Positions 11,215-24,670 of a stretch of DNA of 64,000 nucleotides are shown here, piece by piece; position 1 is the stretch's first letter, and each line of letters begins with the position of its first letter. The translations under genes and the position numbers were made by a program. Source of the stretch: Trichodelitschia bisporula (lineage: Eukaryota); NCBI GenBank assembly GCA_010356995.1, contig ML996692.1:259933-323932 (forward strand), read 5' to 3'. The notes below the pieces were generated by a model, which saw nothing but the letters and a program-made list of their open reading frames with translations, searched no databases and had not been told where the DNA came from.

Positions 11215-14200
11215 TGTGAAGGTGAGGCTGCGGTGTTTGCAGGTGTTTCCTGGGGCCGGGTGCGCTGGATGGGCGGCTCAGCGGGCGGCCATGGGTGCGG
11301 TGGGTCGAAGATCCGCCTGCGAAAATTCGGATGGCGAGGAGGAGAAGGGTGTTTCCCGTCGTGTTTGTTGTGGTTGTGGTTGTGGATGTTTTGGTGTTGA
11401 GGATGGATGGGATGGGATGAGGTTGGGGCCAGTAGGTGGTGGAGAGAGGTGGATTGGGACACAGGCGGTCACCGGGGCTTGGTAGCCTTTTTTCCACTAA
11501 GCCGCGGGCGGGTGGTGGTGGAGGAGAGACGACTGGGGGGGGTGTGGAGGGCAGAGGAGACAGGTAAGTAGCGAGTGGGTGGTGGGAAATGCACTGCAGA
11601 TATGAACGCCTCCAAGGCTGGGCGGGGGTGAGAGTGGTGGTGGTGGAGTGGCCGAAGTGGATGGAGAGAGAAATAGCTAAAAAGGCTGTTGCTGCGAGTT
11701 GCGACGACTGATAGGCAAACAGGTGTGTTGACAAGCTGACGAGGCCGACCTGTCAGGGTGGAGAGAAAAGGCGGATGGTGGATGGGCTGTGTTTTTCTTG
11801 CCTCCTTCGCTTCCCTTCTTTCCCAAGACGAGTGACTTGCGACAAGGCAGTTTCAGCGTGCGGCGATTGCTGGCAACAAGGCTGCTGCTGGCATGGGGTT
11901 TTGCGAGGTGGGGGTGGAGGGACGTAGGAGGGGAGGGATTTGTACGAGTTGAGCTTCCAGGTTTGGCGTAGGAGTGCTGTTTGACTAGCAAGAAGATGAG
12001 AGAGGATGGAGGAGGTGGAAGAGTGGTACAAAGAGGAAGAGGAAGTGGAAGAGGTGGACAAGAAAAGATGAGAGGAGAGTTGTCAAGGGACAAGTAACCA
12101 GGAACTCTTTGGGGGGTAGTAGTCTGGGGAAAGATCGGAGGCGAAATGAGGGAAGGATTCCGGGAACGGGCTGTTGTACTGTGCAAGATATCTCTCAGTT
12201 CCGCCGTATCGCTTCGCTCTTTGTTTGGGTCCGTTTTGGGCCGGCGTTGTGGATGCGGGACAGGCGAACGGTGTGCGAGGCAAAAGAGTACAAAGCAACA
12301 AAGTTTCCTGCAAAGAGTGCAATCTTTGGTGGGGGAGAGAGAGCGGAAGCGGTTTGTACCGGTACAGGAAACAACAAGATACAAGATGCCTTTTCTCACT
12401 TGATCGTGTCTTCCGCGATCTTTCTGGCTGCATCTCTTTTCTATTCTTCTCCCCGTTTCCTATTTCGACTTCCCCTCTCAGTCTTCTCTCACTCCTCTCC
12501 TGCCAATCGCCTCTGGATCGCTGGTCCCTCCTAACCAAGTGATGCAAGTATCGACGTCAAGGTCCCACTATCACTCGTCACTCTTCTTTGGGACTTGCTA
12601 CTTTCGGCCCTTTTAGCCTCGGGAGCGCGCGGCATTGGATCCATCGATCCATTCTTAGCGTTTAGCTCTTCTGCTTTGGTATCCTGCGCCGTCGTCTCTC
12701 GTCTCCCTCCCTCCTCCTCACCTTCTCCGTAACAGCAAAAAAGGCTCATAACAGAAGTCACTTTTCCCGCAAGCTCAAGCACTCTCGTCCCACAATGGCG
12801 CCCGTCACTCCACCAACGGCTGCGAGTGAGAAAAGCGGTGGGCGAGCCTATTCGTAGTACACCGGGGTAGCCCTCCACAACGCAGCAAAGACGCAGCCAA
12901 ACCCGTCCAAACTATGCACATCTTCAGCCCCGACCTCAAACCGTGCGAGAAGAAAAAAAAACGCAGAAAAGAAGCAATTTTCCCAGTGTCTCGCGTCTCC
13001 AATCCCCGCCTCTCTTCTGGCCCCTCTCTGCGTTCGCATCGCCAATTCGAATCCCGTTCCTCAGAGATCTCCTATTGCCTTTCGCCGCCAGCAATGCATC
13101 TGCACCCTGGCTGCCACCGGGTCTCTTTCTTCCTCACCCCGTCCGCCGTCTCTTCCGCTGACCTCTCCGATCACGCTCCGCCGCACCGGCTCCAGGCACA
13201 CGCACGGCATCGATTGCCGCGCGTCAGGCGCGGCTGTATCCCACCATGCGGAACACTCTCCAGTTCCCACCCCCAAAGCCCACTGCATCCACAGTAAGAC
13301 ACCAATATCCCATCAGACCGGCATCACATCTCCAGAATCCCAATCCCGTTCGCCACCTCGCGCACCGCCCAAACCCGCTCTCCTCCACCCCGCACATCCC
13401 CCCGCTCAGCTCCCCACGCCGCTCCCAAACGCCACACCCCGCCACCCGCATTCCCGCTCGCCAACCCCAGCCCTTCCTCGCCGAGAACGCGCACCAGCCC
13501 CCCTCCCGGGCGGGCTCTGGTTCGTCCGCCGTCATTGACAAATGGCTGGGAAGCGCCGGTGGCCAATCGACTCGGCTGCCCCGCGACTTACTGAAGTAGC
13601 CTTTACCATTTTCCCATTTCCCCCCCCAGTGGGTTCGTTGCCCATCGACCATGTCAATATTATCCCTTTTTAGACCCTTTATTGCCGATGAGTCCCTGCG
13701 CTGGCAATCGATATTCCCCCCTTTGGGACTCGCTTGGTCGATATGCGCGGCTGACATCCGCGCTCGTGGATCGAGCTCGCGGAGCTGAAAGCCCTGTCGT
13801 GGGCCAGGCCGTGAGCCGTGTGGGCGATGAAATAGCCATGACAGCCTGACAGGCCACGTCAAGCCGTCATCCGTCCCCTCCAGCCCAGGTCAAAGTATCC
13901 CTCCGTACCTAAACATCGCCCCATCCGCGTCAAGGCAAACACTGCGCTGGAAAGGCAAACATCGCAGCCAAAGGGCATCTGTGGCTGAGCCCTCGCCCTT
14001 CGGGGGCAGTGCCACACCCCGCCCAACCCCATCTGTTCAGTCCGCGTATGCCCACCACTGCGTCGCTCTTAACACGGGGCCAGCCCGGGCTCAAAATAAA
14101 CCCCGCTCGCATTCGAACCGTATCCTACGTATTTCGCCGCCTCGCTTGCCCGCATCCCACGCACGCGGTGAGACTCTCCCCGCCGTCAGCTCGGGAGTGC

Positions 14201-15035
14201 TGGTTCCGCTTTTGGACGCGGGGGCGGGGCTGCTTATCGATACGGCTAAGGACGACCGGGGGCGGGGCGGAGCGGGGCTGCTGTCTGGGGAGGGACGAGT
14301 CATGATGCTCAGACCGATTGCGCGCGGTCCCCGGAATCATGCCGTTCCGCGCATACCGGTAAGGTATTGCGCACTCCTCGAACCAACTGCAGGCGGGGTG
14401 CAAGCGGGGTGGTTGCGTCGGGCACAGTGCTGCACGTGGGGTTTGCGTCTCGCGCCCCGCGCGGGGTTACATTCACATGCGCGCGCGGAGTTGCGTCGGG
14501 CATTCTGGTTATTAGCGTAGCGCGGGGTGAGCGTGCAGAAATATGGACTACGCTTAGTTTGTACTGTCATCTGGTTTAGCTTGTTACGCCGGCTGATCTG
14601 GCTTTCAGCACCGGTCTGGGCCTTTGAGCCTGGGGGTAAGGCACGTGGGTGATATATGGCTGGCTTGGGAGCGGGGGAGGTGTTGGTGTAATGAGGGTTG
14701 TGGTCGGTGTACCGTACTGCGAAGTTTGTCCTTACTCGCTGACATGAAACGTGTGATGGGGGGACACGGGGTTGGTGGGGCGTGTAAGTAGGCGGGGGGT
14801 TAGGTGGAATGGGGAAGGTTGTACGGTACGGTGCGGAAGGGTGGGGGTCCAGGGCGGGATATGTTATATGCGGTGCTACTGTGCTCTGTTTCGGCGTGGA
14901 ATTTAGAGTTTGGGTGTCGGGTTCTTGCGGGGAGGATGGGCTGGTTTGTTGAGGCCCAAGTGCGGAGAGCCTGGTCGGTGAGTGGGGGGAGTTGTGGGTG
15001 ACTGAACCCCTAACCCATGGTGGGCGATCGGTTAA

Positions 15036-15245
15036 TGGGAGCAAGGCTCTTCACGTGCAACAGGCGACTGGAAAATCTGAAGATTGAAGAGAGTCGAGAG
15101 ACTCTCGAGACTAAATACATGATGCCAAGTATCCTCATATGCTCCTGTCTTCCATCATGCACACATTAGAACTACATCATGGTTCCTTCACAAGAGCAAT
15201 CTGCTCCTTCCTGACATAACAATGCTCCTTCCATGTCTACATCAT
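15036..15245 (+). repeat. Dispersed ~220-bp repeat, copy A
   Basis: TGGGAGCAAGGCTC...GAGACTAAATACATGATGCCAAGT...CTTCCTGACATAACAATGCTCCTTCCATGTCTACATCA; aligns by eye with four other copies. Confidence 0.85.
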
Positions 15246-15571
15246 CGGTTGATGACGTGTGCTTGTGGGGTTGATCGCTCATGATCGTAGAAGACGAGTA
15301 TCTGCATCTGCTCGGATGTCTTGATAGACAGGGCCTAGCTTCCAGTCGCTGCTTTTTACCTCTACCTTCGGCTCGCGCTCCACTGACATACAATAAACGT
15401 GAGCTATGGTAACGTTTCGGTCATCTACATCCTCATAACCCGTATCTTTAGCTGAGAGCAGACCGATACCCTTGCCAAAACTCCGATATCCTGTCTCTGC
15501 CGAAATTAACTTCTACCTGACGCCGAATGTCATACTCCTGGTCAAATCGAGCATGCCATGCCTACCGTCCC

Positions 15572-16179
15572 TTACTTAGCCCCCTCCAAATTCTGCTGAA
15601 TATGTGCCCTCAACGCCGCCCACCTCCCGGCTCCCTGCTTCTCCTCTCCATCAACCTGCATTCCCTCCCCTGGCGTCACAGGCGCCTTCGCTGCCGCACT
15701 CAAAACCGCCAAATTCTTCCCAAAGCGCTCCCGCTCCGCCTTCTCCACCTTCTCCCGGCGCTTTCTCACACCTGGCTTGACTTTCAAACTCTCCACCGGT
15801 GCCGGGCCCTTCTTCCGCGCCTCCGTCTCAGCCGCTAGGTCCGGCAAAGCGTCGGCGAGCGTCTCGAGCGAGGCGACGAGCTTTTTGTTCGGCCGCCGGC
15901 GACGGAGGGACCCCGGTGTTGACTTGGTGATTTTGGAGAGGAAGAGGGAGCGCTTGATTGTGTGTTTGTCGCGCTTGGTGGTGGGGATGGAGAAGGCGGA
16001 GGATGTGTCTGAGGCCGAGGGGGTGGATTTGGAAGATTTGGAGGGCTTGTTGGATGGGCTGGGTTCGGAGAGCGCGGCGATGCTGCGCGTGTCGCGCGGG
16101 CGCGAGCGGGCGGAGGGGTTGGTTTTGGCCTGGAGATGTTAGTATGTATGGATAGAGGGATTTAGAGCAGACAGACCAT
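15572..16179 (-). CDS. SLX9: Ribosome biogenesis protein Slx9-like
   Basis: ATG-only first exon (16179-16177) and an intron, then AKTNPSARSR...KHDKRTIKRSLFLSKI...RRRRPNKKLVASLETLADALPDL...ERERFGKNLA...RWAALRAHIQQNL. Confidence 0.8.
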
Positions 16180-16504
16180 GATGGAATGCAAATTCCGCTT
16201 GTATGAGGGAGACAGGAATCGACGGTAGTGTTTCCTAGGGCAAAGAAATGCGTGCTCAAGATTCGAAGTTGACGATGTAAGTTGCCGTTCACCAAAATTC
16301 TCCAACGCCAAAATCCGGGGACCGCTAACCCAATTCAGCCAAGCCGCTGCCGCACCGCCACTTCTGTACGGCTACCTGCGCCACAATCAGCAGCCGGCCT
16401 CCAACCTCGGCCTCACGCCGACCCTCAAATCCCATGACCGAACAAGACGCAAAATGTAACCTTCACCACCCCGTCCCCCCTTACTCCGTACCAGCCATCC
16501 AACC

Positions 16505-17344
16505 ATGAAGCCCGCCAACCGCACCTTCATCATCTCCGGCGCCTGCTCCGGCCTCGGCCTCGCAACCGCGCGCGCCCTCCACGCAGCAGGCGCTTCAATC
16601 GCCCTCCTGGACCTGAACCACGTCGCCGGCGAGGCCATCGTCTCCGAGCTCGGCAAGGACACGGCGCGCTTCTGGGAGGTCGATGTTAGTGAGACTGAGA
16701 GCATTACTGCTGCTATTGCGGGGGCGGCGGCGTGGGTCAAGGAGACGGGGCGCGCGATCGGCGGCGTCGTTGCTGCGGCGGGGGTTGGGAGTGCGGCGAA
16801 GGTAGGCGGTTTGGCCCTGGGTTATGTCGGGTGGTGCTGATGAGGGTAGCTCGTGGACGGCCGCACGGGCGAGCCCGTCGGCATCGAGGCGCTGGACTTC
16901 GTGCTCAATATCAACCTGCGCGGCACGCTGGATCTACTCCGCCAGGCACTGCCGCACATGATCAAGACGACGCCGACGGCGGACGGCGAGCGCGGCGTGC
17001 TGATTCTGGTCTCTAGCTCTGCGGCGTTCGATGGCCAACCGGGGCAGGTGGCATATGCGGCGAGCAAGGGCGCTATCGCGAGTTTGACGCTGCCGTTGGC
17101 GAGGGATCTGGCGCGGTATGGCATTCGTGCTGTCACTATTGCGCCGAGTCTGTTCGAGAGCGCCATGACGGCGCGGTTGCCCGAAAAAGCGCGCAAGAGT
17201 CTCGAGCGCGTCATGGAGTTCCCCGTCAGGCCGGGAAAGCCGGAGGAGTTTGCGAGCCTGGCGATGCAGGCGGTGGAGAATCAAATGCTCAATGGGACGG
17301 TGATTAGGATTGATGGCGCGATGCGCATGCCCAGCAAAATGTAG
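16505..17344 (+). CDS. Short-chain dehydrogenase/reductase, 3-hydroxyacyl-CoA dehydrogenase type-2 (HSD10)-like
   Basis: SGACSGLG Rossmann motif, YAASKG catalytic motif, AAFDGQPGQ and NGTVIRIDGAMRM; intron ~16802-16848. Confidence 0.92.
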
Positions 17345-17395
17345 AATAGTATTTCAGTTTCCATGTACCATAACGCCGGTGCGCCTGGAGCGAAT

Positions 17396-18260
17396 CTACC
17401 GCTTCCGCTCACGGATCTTGAACTTCACGCCGTTTTTGTTGACTCCGCCTACGCCTTTGTTCATCCGCGCGCGCTGCTGCTCTAGCTGCTCTTCTGCCGT
17501 CTGGAGCTGCTCCTCCCGATCCCGCAGCGACGCGAGCAGTTGCCGTCGCGCACTATGGTTGCGTTCCCGCTTCTTGTCGTGCTTCCGCGACTCTTTCCAC
17601 GCCAGCTTTGCCGCCTCCTCCTGCTGCTTCGTCTTCGGCTTGTCTGGCGCCTCGGCCGTGGGCATCGGGTCGCCCTGGCCAAACCATGCCTTGGGATCAA
17701 ACTCCCGCTGCTCCTCCACCGTTTCCACAAACACAGTATGCTTCCCCTTGCTCGGACCGCCCTTGACCGCCCCCACCTTCACACTCTTGTCGTCCGCCTC
17801 CTCGACCTGGAACTCCTGTTCCAACCGCTCAATCTCCTTCCGCGTCTCCTGCAGCTTCGTCCGAATATACCCCGCATCCTGCGTCTTGAGCAAGCGGACA
17901 ATGTCCTGAGAAAGTGCCTTATTCCCGCGGTCGCCGAGACGCTGGCCCTTCGACGTGCGCGTCGACATCATCCCGAAGTGGAACTCATCTATGAGCATTA
18001 GTCGGCCTTATCCAGCCATAAACACGCGGAACCCGTACCGGGATTGCGAAACGAAGCCTTCTCCTTCAGGGCCTTCAGCCGTTGCTTCTTCTCCCTGTGA
18101 TCTTTGGCGCGCAGACTGTAGTCCTTGTGTTTCTCGAGCAGGCCCCATTTCTCGCGCTCGAGGGGCTGGGCGCGCTCCTTGTGGTTGCGCCTAGACTGTC
18201 AGCAAATGTATGTATGCGGGAAGGATCCTACCTTTGGACGGCATTGCGCATAGAAGACAT
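17396..18260 (-). CDS. UTP11: U3 snoRNA-associated protein 11
   Basis: [65 protein letters not shown]; two introns. Confidence 0.95.
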
Positions 18261-18801
18261 TGTGACTTGTGACGGGGAATGTGGTGAATTTGGGCGGCGA
18301 AGTTGATGAAGTTGAAAGTTGCGAACAATTTTGCCAAGATACAAGGGTCTGATGCAGGTGCATTGATAACCAAAATCGGACTTCACTTCATCGCCGAACT
18401 TCAGCCTGTCTTTCCAATGCCGGTCTCTCACCTTTCGAACCTTTGAAGCGCGAGAACAAAATGGATACCGATGACCTATCGCTGCCTTCTCTCTGCAGGC
18501 GTATAAGGATAGGGCGAAAAGCTAACGGCTGAACCGGAACACAATGTGGGGAACCAGTCCCGCATGAATTTACCCCGCCATCAGATCCACCTTCACCCAT
18601 AGCCGCGCATCAGTAGTCTGCATCACGCTCTCCAGGTGCTTCAGCTGTTCACCAAGACTTAGATTCCGTCGCCACGCGACAGGCCCCGCCAAAGGCGGGA
18701 GTCGACCGAATTATAGCGGAGAAATATACCCGACTTGCATGCCCATCCCTAGTACTTAAGCCCAAAGCCCATCCCATTCTGTCCCAAACACCAACCTCAC
18801 C

Positions 18802-19564
18802 ATGGCCGAAAACCTCGCAAAACCGCCCTTCCCCTTCACCGGGCCAGGCCTCCTGATCGCGCGCTCGCGGATCACCTCCCCTGAGCTCAGCGAGGACGTC
18901 TTCGAGCGCTGGTACAACGAAGTACACATCCCCGACGTCCTCGCGGTGGGAACCATCAGCGCAGCCTACCGCTTCCGCAACTCCAATCCCGCCGCCGAAG
19001 TCCCTTACCTCGCCGTATACACTGTACCGGAGTTCAGTAAGGTGGACATGGGCAAGCTAGGCGCGCTGCCCATGGCGCACGAAATGCTCCCCGGCGGCGG
19101 CACGATCACCGACTTCGTGGACATCGATTCGCAGTTTTATAAGCTGACGCAGGAGGAGGCGCAAAAGCTGAGCCAGGACGGTGCGTAGCGGGGCTTGGTT
19201 GCTACCCGTATGCGAGGCTGACGATCTAGCCTACTTCCCTGTCCTCCTTTCCGCGGCCATGGAGCCGGCAGCAGGTGGCGAGGCGGACTTTGACGCCTGG
19301 TACCGCGAGGAGCATCTCGACCAGATGGCAAAGGAGCCGGGACACAAGCGCGCGCGGCGCTACAGGCTGGCGTTTCAGAATACGCCGGCGGGTATGTCCG
19401 GCGCGGATGCACCGAGCTGGCTTACGCTGTACGAGTTTGATGAGTCGGGGAAGGAGAAGTTGGGGACTGAAGTTAAGCCGCTGGACCCGATGACGCCGTG
19501 GACGAAGAGGATGCTGGAGACGGCGCAGAGGGTGGAGGCCGCTATTTACTATAGGATCTTCTAG
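18802..19564 (+). CDS. EthD/DABB-like tandem-domain protein
   Basis: Two repeats, FERWYNEVHIPDV and FDAWYREEHLDQM; intron ~19181-19229. Confidence 0.75.
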
Positions 19565-20569
19565 GGAATCGGATAATCCTTTATCTGTGTTGCTTGGATT
19601 AGAAGTGGTGTTGAACTCGCGTCTCCCTTTCCCCAGCCTTTCAAACCGACCTCCTATTCAGCCTCGCGATTCAGATAGGTTATGAAGACACAGGACAACA
19701 AGCAACAACTCGGGTTTACTGCTGGTCACCAACAAGATGCATTGCCAGTTAAGCAAGCTGAACTAATATGAGCGTGTCGCGAGGCACGTGCAATGCATCG
19801 TATGCTCCTTCCACCCTTGCTCAGGGTTCCTTTTTGTCTTTGTCCTCCGCGGCATCCCCAGGTAAGAATGCTCCTTTCACGAATATCAATCTTCTCTCCT
19901 TACATCAACATTGTCAGAGGGATTCACCTGAAGCATTTGGCCGATTACCAACCTCTCCCTTCATCATCTTTCAGCCGCATTGAGAGGTCAGTACATCTTT
20001 TCACCTCTCACTCTCGCCATCACGAAGTTTACTGTTCCTCCACCATATCATGCATCGACATGAAGGTCATGAAGCGCTGGGACTCGCTCTTCGTTCCAAG
20101 CACGTGTACAACCTGCGATAGGCCCCATCTCCCTCGAGTAGGTGCTTCACGCCGCGCAGGAGCGGGCATCGCTAAGAGCAAAAAAGAGACAAAAACATAC
20201 AGCAACTGGGATTCGCTGCTGGTCACCCACGCAACTACTAGTCAGTCGGTTCGTGGGTTCACTTCAGTGAGCAGACGGGGACTGGTGCTTTCCGCGACCT
20301 ATGGCCGTATGTGCTAGAGCACTGCTGGAAGACAGTACTGATACCCCGCTTCGGCAAGCGATGGGAGCTTATGCTCCATGAACCCCGCTCAGAACAACCA
20401 GGAGAGTACTCTGAATCCAGATTTAGGATAATTAAACATCTGATATAAACCACAGGCGTGGCGCTCAATAGGGATATCTACAACCAATGCAAAGGGCTTC
20501 CCTAGCCAGCCTAAGCCCAAACGCCATCGCTATGCCCATTTCAATGCAAAAAGATCCCCCCAAAAGCCC

Positions 20570-22430
20570 CTACAAGAATCCCACCACAACACCGCCGACC
20601 ATACCGAGCAAAGCACCCGCAACCCTCACCCGTTCCCCCCCATTAACCCCCACCTCCTGCGCCTTCGCAACGCCTGACTTCCCCCCATCCGGCCCACTCG
20701 TTTGGGCAGCAGCCACCCACCCCGTCTCACTGCCCTCCCCCTTCCAAACTATCGTCTTCAGCCCCACAACCACCGTCTCCCCATCATCCGCCAGGCTCAC
20801 CTTGAACCCCTCGATATCCACCGTCCCGCCCGGCGACAGCGTCTTCCCGCCACCAACGTACACCGTCTTGCCCCCCACCACAGTGGGACCATACACCTTC
20901 CCGCCTAGAGTTACGGGGCCAGGCGGGGCCGTCACGCGCGGGGCGTCCGCATTGGCGGCCTGAGTTTTCCCCGCCGCGGCTCCCTGCAAGAACCCGGTCT
21001 TTCCGCCCACGACCACGGCACCTGCGGCGCCCGTCGGGATACTGACCGCCACTCCGTTGAGCGTCACGGCCCCGCCAGGCGTTAGCGTCTGCCCACCGAC
21101 TTTCCACGCGCCAGCCGCGGGCGTGAAGACCTGCCCGCCGAAGCTGATAGGCTTGCCCTCCGGCTTGTCGGCACCAGGTCTGTTGGCACCAGGTCTGTTG
21201 GCACCAGGCTTGTCGGCACCGGGCTTTGCGCCGGGCGTCGACTCCGCACCCGGAACCGGCCGCGTCACGCCGCCGACCACGACCACGGCCCCGGCGCCCT
21301 TGCTCGGCACGGCGACGGGCACGCCGTTGATCGAGGTCGCGGCACCGGCGGGGAGGGTGTAGCTGCCGAAGGCGACGGCGCCGTTGGGCGCGGGGGCGAG
21401 GGCGTATGTCTCACTGCCGATTTTGACGCCGTTGGTGGGGGCCGGGGCGTCGGCGACGGGGCGCGCCATGCCCAGTGCTGAGGCGATGAGGTCGCCTAGC
21501 CCGACGGAGGTGGGTGCGGCGGCGGCGGCGGGCGAGGCTTGGTCTTTGGCGCCGGCGTCCTGGGCGTCCGCGGGCTTGTCCTTGCCGTCTGAGGGGGCGG
21601 TGTCGCTGACACGCGTGATGACCGCTTGCGCGGTTTGCTGAAGGACGGCGACGGAGACTTTCGTTACGGCGGCGGCGGTGATGGGGGCGAGTTTTACGGT
21701 GCGCGTGCCGTCGATGCTGAGGGTGCAGTCTTTCATGTTTGTACCGTTGAATTGCGAGAGTACGCCTGGTGTGTCGTTTAGCACGGCGAGTAGGCTGGAG
21801 GCCGCGGCTGTGGTGTGCGCGGGATCGGCTGTCGCGAGCGGGAAGAGGAAGGTGCTTGTTGCCTGGAGGGATACGGAGGTGATGTTTTGTGCGCAAGTGG
21901 CGCCGGGCCGGAACACCACGCTTGGGGCTGAGGTGGCAGGCGGCAGGATGTTGGGTCCGCCGCGCACGTCGGAGAAGGCGATGTATGTGTTCGGGTAGGT
22001 GAGGGTGTAGCCGTACTCCGTCCAGACCAAGGGCTCGTTCTTGGGCGACGAGTAGGGGATGGTGGTGGTCGCGTTGGGGGCCACCATCACGGTCGTCCAG
22101 CTGGTGTGCCGCGAGCCGTCGGCATACTCGGTGATGTGTGGGATTACGGTCGCGGTGAGCGTGCTGCTGTACTCGACCACGTCGGATGGGTAGCTGACGA
22201 CCGCAGGCGTGACGAGGACGTTCCAGCCTTTGCAGGGCTTGGAGGGGTCGACGGAGGTGGTGCTGGCCGAGATCGAAGGCGAGCTAGCTAATGCGATGCT
22301 GCTTGAGTTGTTGTGCGAATCTGCGCTGCGGTTAGTGGTGCTCCTTCCGCGCTGCCACCAACTCCAACTTACCCGCTAACACACCCACGATGCTCACCGC
22401 CGCGGCGGCCAGGATAGACGAGCGCATCAT
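20570..22430 (-). CDS. Secreted, probably GPI-anchored cell-wall protein with 'GGQTLTPGGAVT'-type repeats
   Basis: Signal peptide MMRSSILAAAAVSIVGVLA in exon 1; intron ~22372-22321; Thr/Ala/Gly-rich; hydrophobic C-terminus after NGG. Confidence 0.85.
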
Positions 22431-24084
22431 ATCTTTCTTCTATACACTCTTGACTGACAAAGGAAAATAGGAAAGTAGCTTCCCACGAACAAATCCTACG
22501 CCTAAAGAGAAAATTGCGATGGAATAGTTTAGCTAAAGTCGAGAACACCCGGGGGGGGCACCCGCTGTTGATGTAAGTCCTCCATCTGTAACGCAGCCCA
22601 TCAGCCGCAGCTGCAGCTAGCAACGCTATTTTCGTCGTCAGCCCAAAGAGTCGGGGGAAATTAAACGTTTAGGCATCCCGGGTGAAGCCCCGCTGCGGCC
22701 CCGGTTTTACGCAGGGCGCCGGGCTGTGCACGATGGGGACAAAGAATGAGGCTTGGCGGGGATTTGATGGCCGCTTCCGGGAAAGTTATAGCTGATTTTT
22801 GGTGAGGGTTTCGTAGAGGAAGTGGTAGGGACTATCAAGAGGATGGCTATGACTTTTCTGCCAGACCGGGGAGGCTGCGCAGTGTTCGGCGATATGGCTC
22901 TGCCTCGTGGCACCGTCATTCATGCTGTAAATATCTTAAGGTTCCCGGAATGCGTGTGGGCGACATTGATAAACTCCGCCGCCGCCGTCTTGGAAATCAA
23001 GGTCCGGTAACATCTGCACGCGTTAATGGCGAGTGTTGCTGAAACGGCAAAGTTCGTCCCCTTGCGATCACCCTCGTAAGCTCCCGCGCGTCGACGGAAC
23101 GGGCTCCGCTAGTTCTAGTTCTACGAACTATGCATTCCTTTCCGCGCTGTAGTACTAAGAATCAAGTGTCGCTTCTCTCCGCTCAACGAAGGACGGTGTC
23201 ACCGGCGGTCGCCGACCACACCTGTTCAGGCTGTGAGATGCACTCACCGCGCATCTAGTGCTGACAAGTGGCGATCTATCTCGCTGCTCGGACTCCCGCT
23301 GGCAGCGTTGCCAAGGGCGGTATTGCCGGCTGTTGCTCATATAGCTGTAGATTTAAACGCTGTTACTGGCGAGATGGCCCGATACTCGAGGTTCGACGGA
23401 AGGCCGAGGCCTAACGTCTGGCCCCCAACCCGTTGGCTATGGGGATCGGTATTCCTGGCTCAGGCGAGCATAATGTGCTGAGCGGCCGAGACAAGTACGT
23501 AGTAAAGAGGCAAGATCTTTCTAAGTCGCTCGTCACTCCATGTCTTGAGCTAACTTGGGCGTTGAAAGAAGTCGTGCTTACGAGCGGGGAAAAAGTAGCT
23601 GCTCGTCCTCTTGAACTACTCCGGCCAAAGTCTGACAATGGCTTTCCAGCTTCCAGTATCAATCCCCGCTCACCAGATACTTTAGGACGTCACTTGTCTC
23701 GCCAGCACGGCTACCTGAACAAGCTTTGCCTCCAGGCCAGCCAGCATACACATGCCAAAGTGGAACGCCGACTTGGAACTCATCCAGGCGCCTGGTCACC
23801 GGTTTGTCATCACGGCTTCCTCCCTCTGCGGGCCTGGCTTATCTCACTGATGTCGGAGGTCCGATGTCTGCCGCGCGGCATCCCAGACGCAGCATGGACC
23901 GGTTCATCGAGAAAGTAATCCCCCGTGCCCTACACGTTCCTGTAGAACCGGTACTGTAAGCGCAGAGTATAGCCAATGTTGGCTGGTTCTCCCTGCAACG
24001 GCCTACTAGTACGAGGTCCAGTCTGACTTCCATCGTGATAAACAGAAGGCATTTCCCTTCGAACCTGGATTGAGTCTGAGTCTG

Positions 24085-24383
24085 CTGATGGAAAGATAAG
24101 GCAGGAGCATTGTTATGTCAGGAAGGAACAGGTTGGACGTGACGTAATGTGCTCGTAGTTGAAGGAAGGAGCATCGGAGGGCATTGGGTATTTATTCTTG
24201 AGAGTCTCTTCCTCTCTTCCTCTTCCTCTCTTCCTCTTCCTCTCTTCCTCTCTTCCTCTCTTCCTCTCTTCCTCTCTTCCTCTCTTCCTCTCTTCCTCTC
24301 TTCCTCTCTTCCTCTCTTTGTCTTTTTCTAATCTTCCACTTTCACAGTCGCCTGTTGCACATGGATGAGCCTTGCTCCCATTA
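24085..24383 (-). repeat. Dispersed repeat, copy B, with an internal microsatellite expansion
   Basis: Reverse complement reads AATGGGAGCAAGGCTCATCCATGTGCAACAGGCGACTG...AGAATAAATAC...TTCCTTCCTGACATAACAATGCTCC. Confidence 0.85.
24205..24317. repeat. (CTCTTCCT)n octamer-like microsatellite
   Basis: Seen directly in the sequence. Confidence 0.95.
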
Positions 24384-24670
24384 CCCCCGGTGCCGTCGTT
24401 GCAATTCCACTTGAAGTTAGAAGTCCATCACTTCCGAAGGAGAGAGTGAGGTATCAACATTGGAATGCCATGGTTGTTCAAGCTACTGACAGTAGTGATG
24501 ATTTATAGATGTAACCATGACTGTTGATGGTTGTCTTAAACAGGAACGCGATACACTCAATCAAAATGCAAAAGCCAGTCCAACTTTGCACGCTCTCCTG
24601 GTTCGGTTAAGCAAAAAGCCTCGTATGCGATCCTCAGTCCGCCAAAAGTCTCAGCAAGATCATCTTCCCT

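Noticed and set aside
10541..11734. 397-aa overlapping ORF and many other long antisense or alternate-frame ORFs
   Set aside because: Low-complexity Pro/Arg-rich shadows expected in GC-rich, skewed DNA.
15007..15016. CCCTAACCC as a telomerase RNA template or telomeric seed
   Set aside because: A single 9-mer followed by a repeat copy and SLX9; no room or supporting structure for a telomerase RNA.
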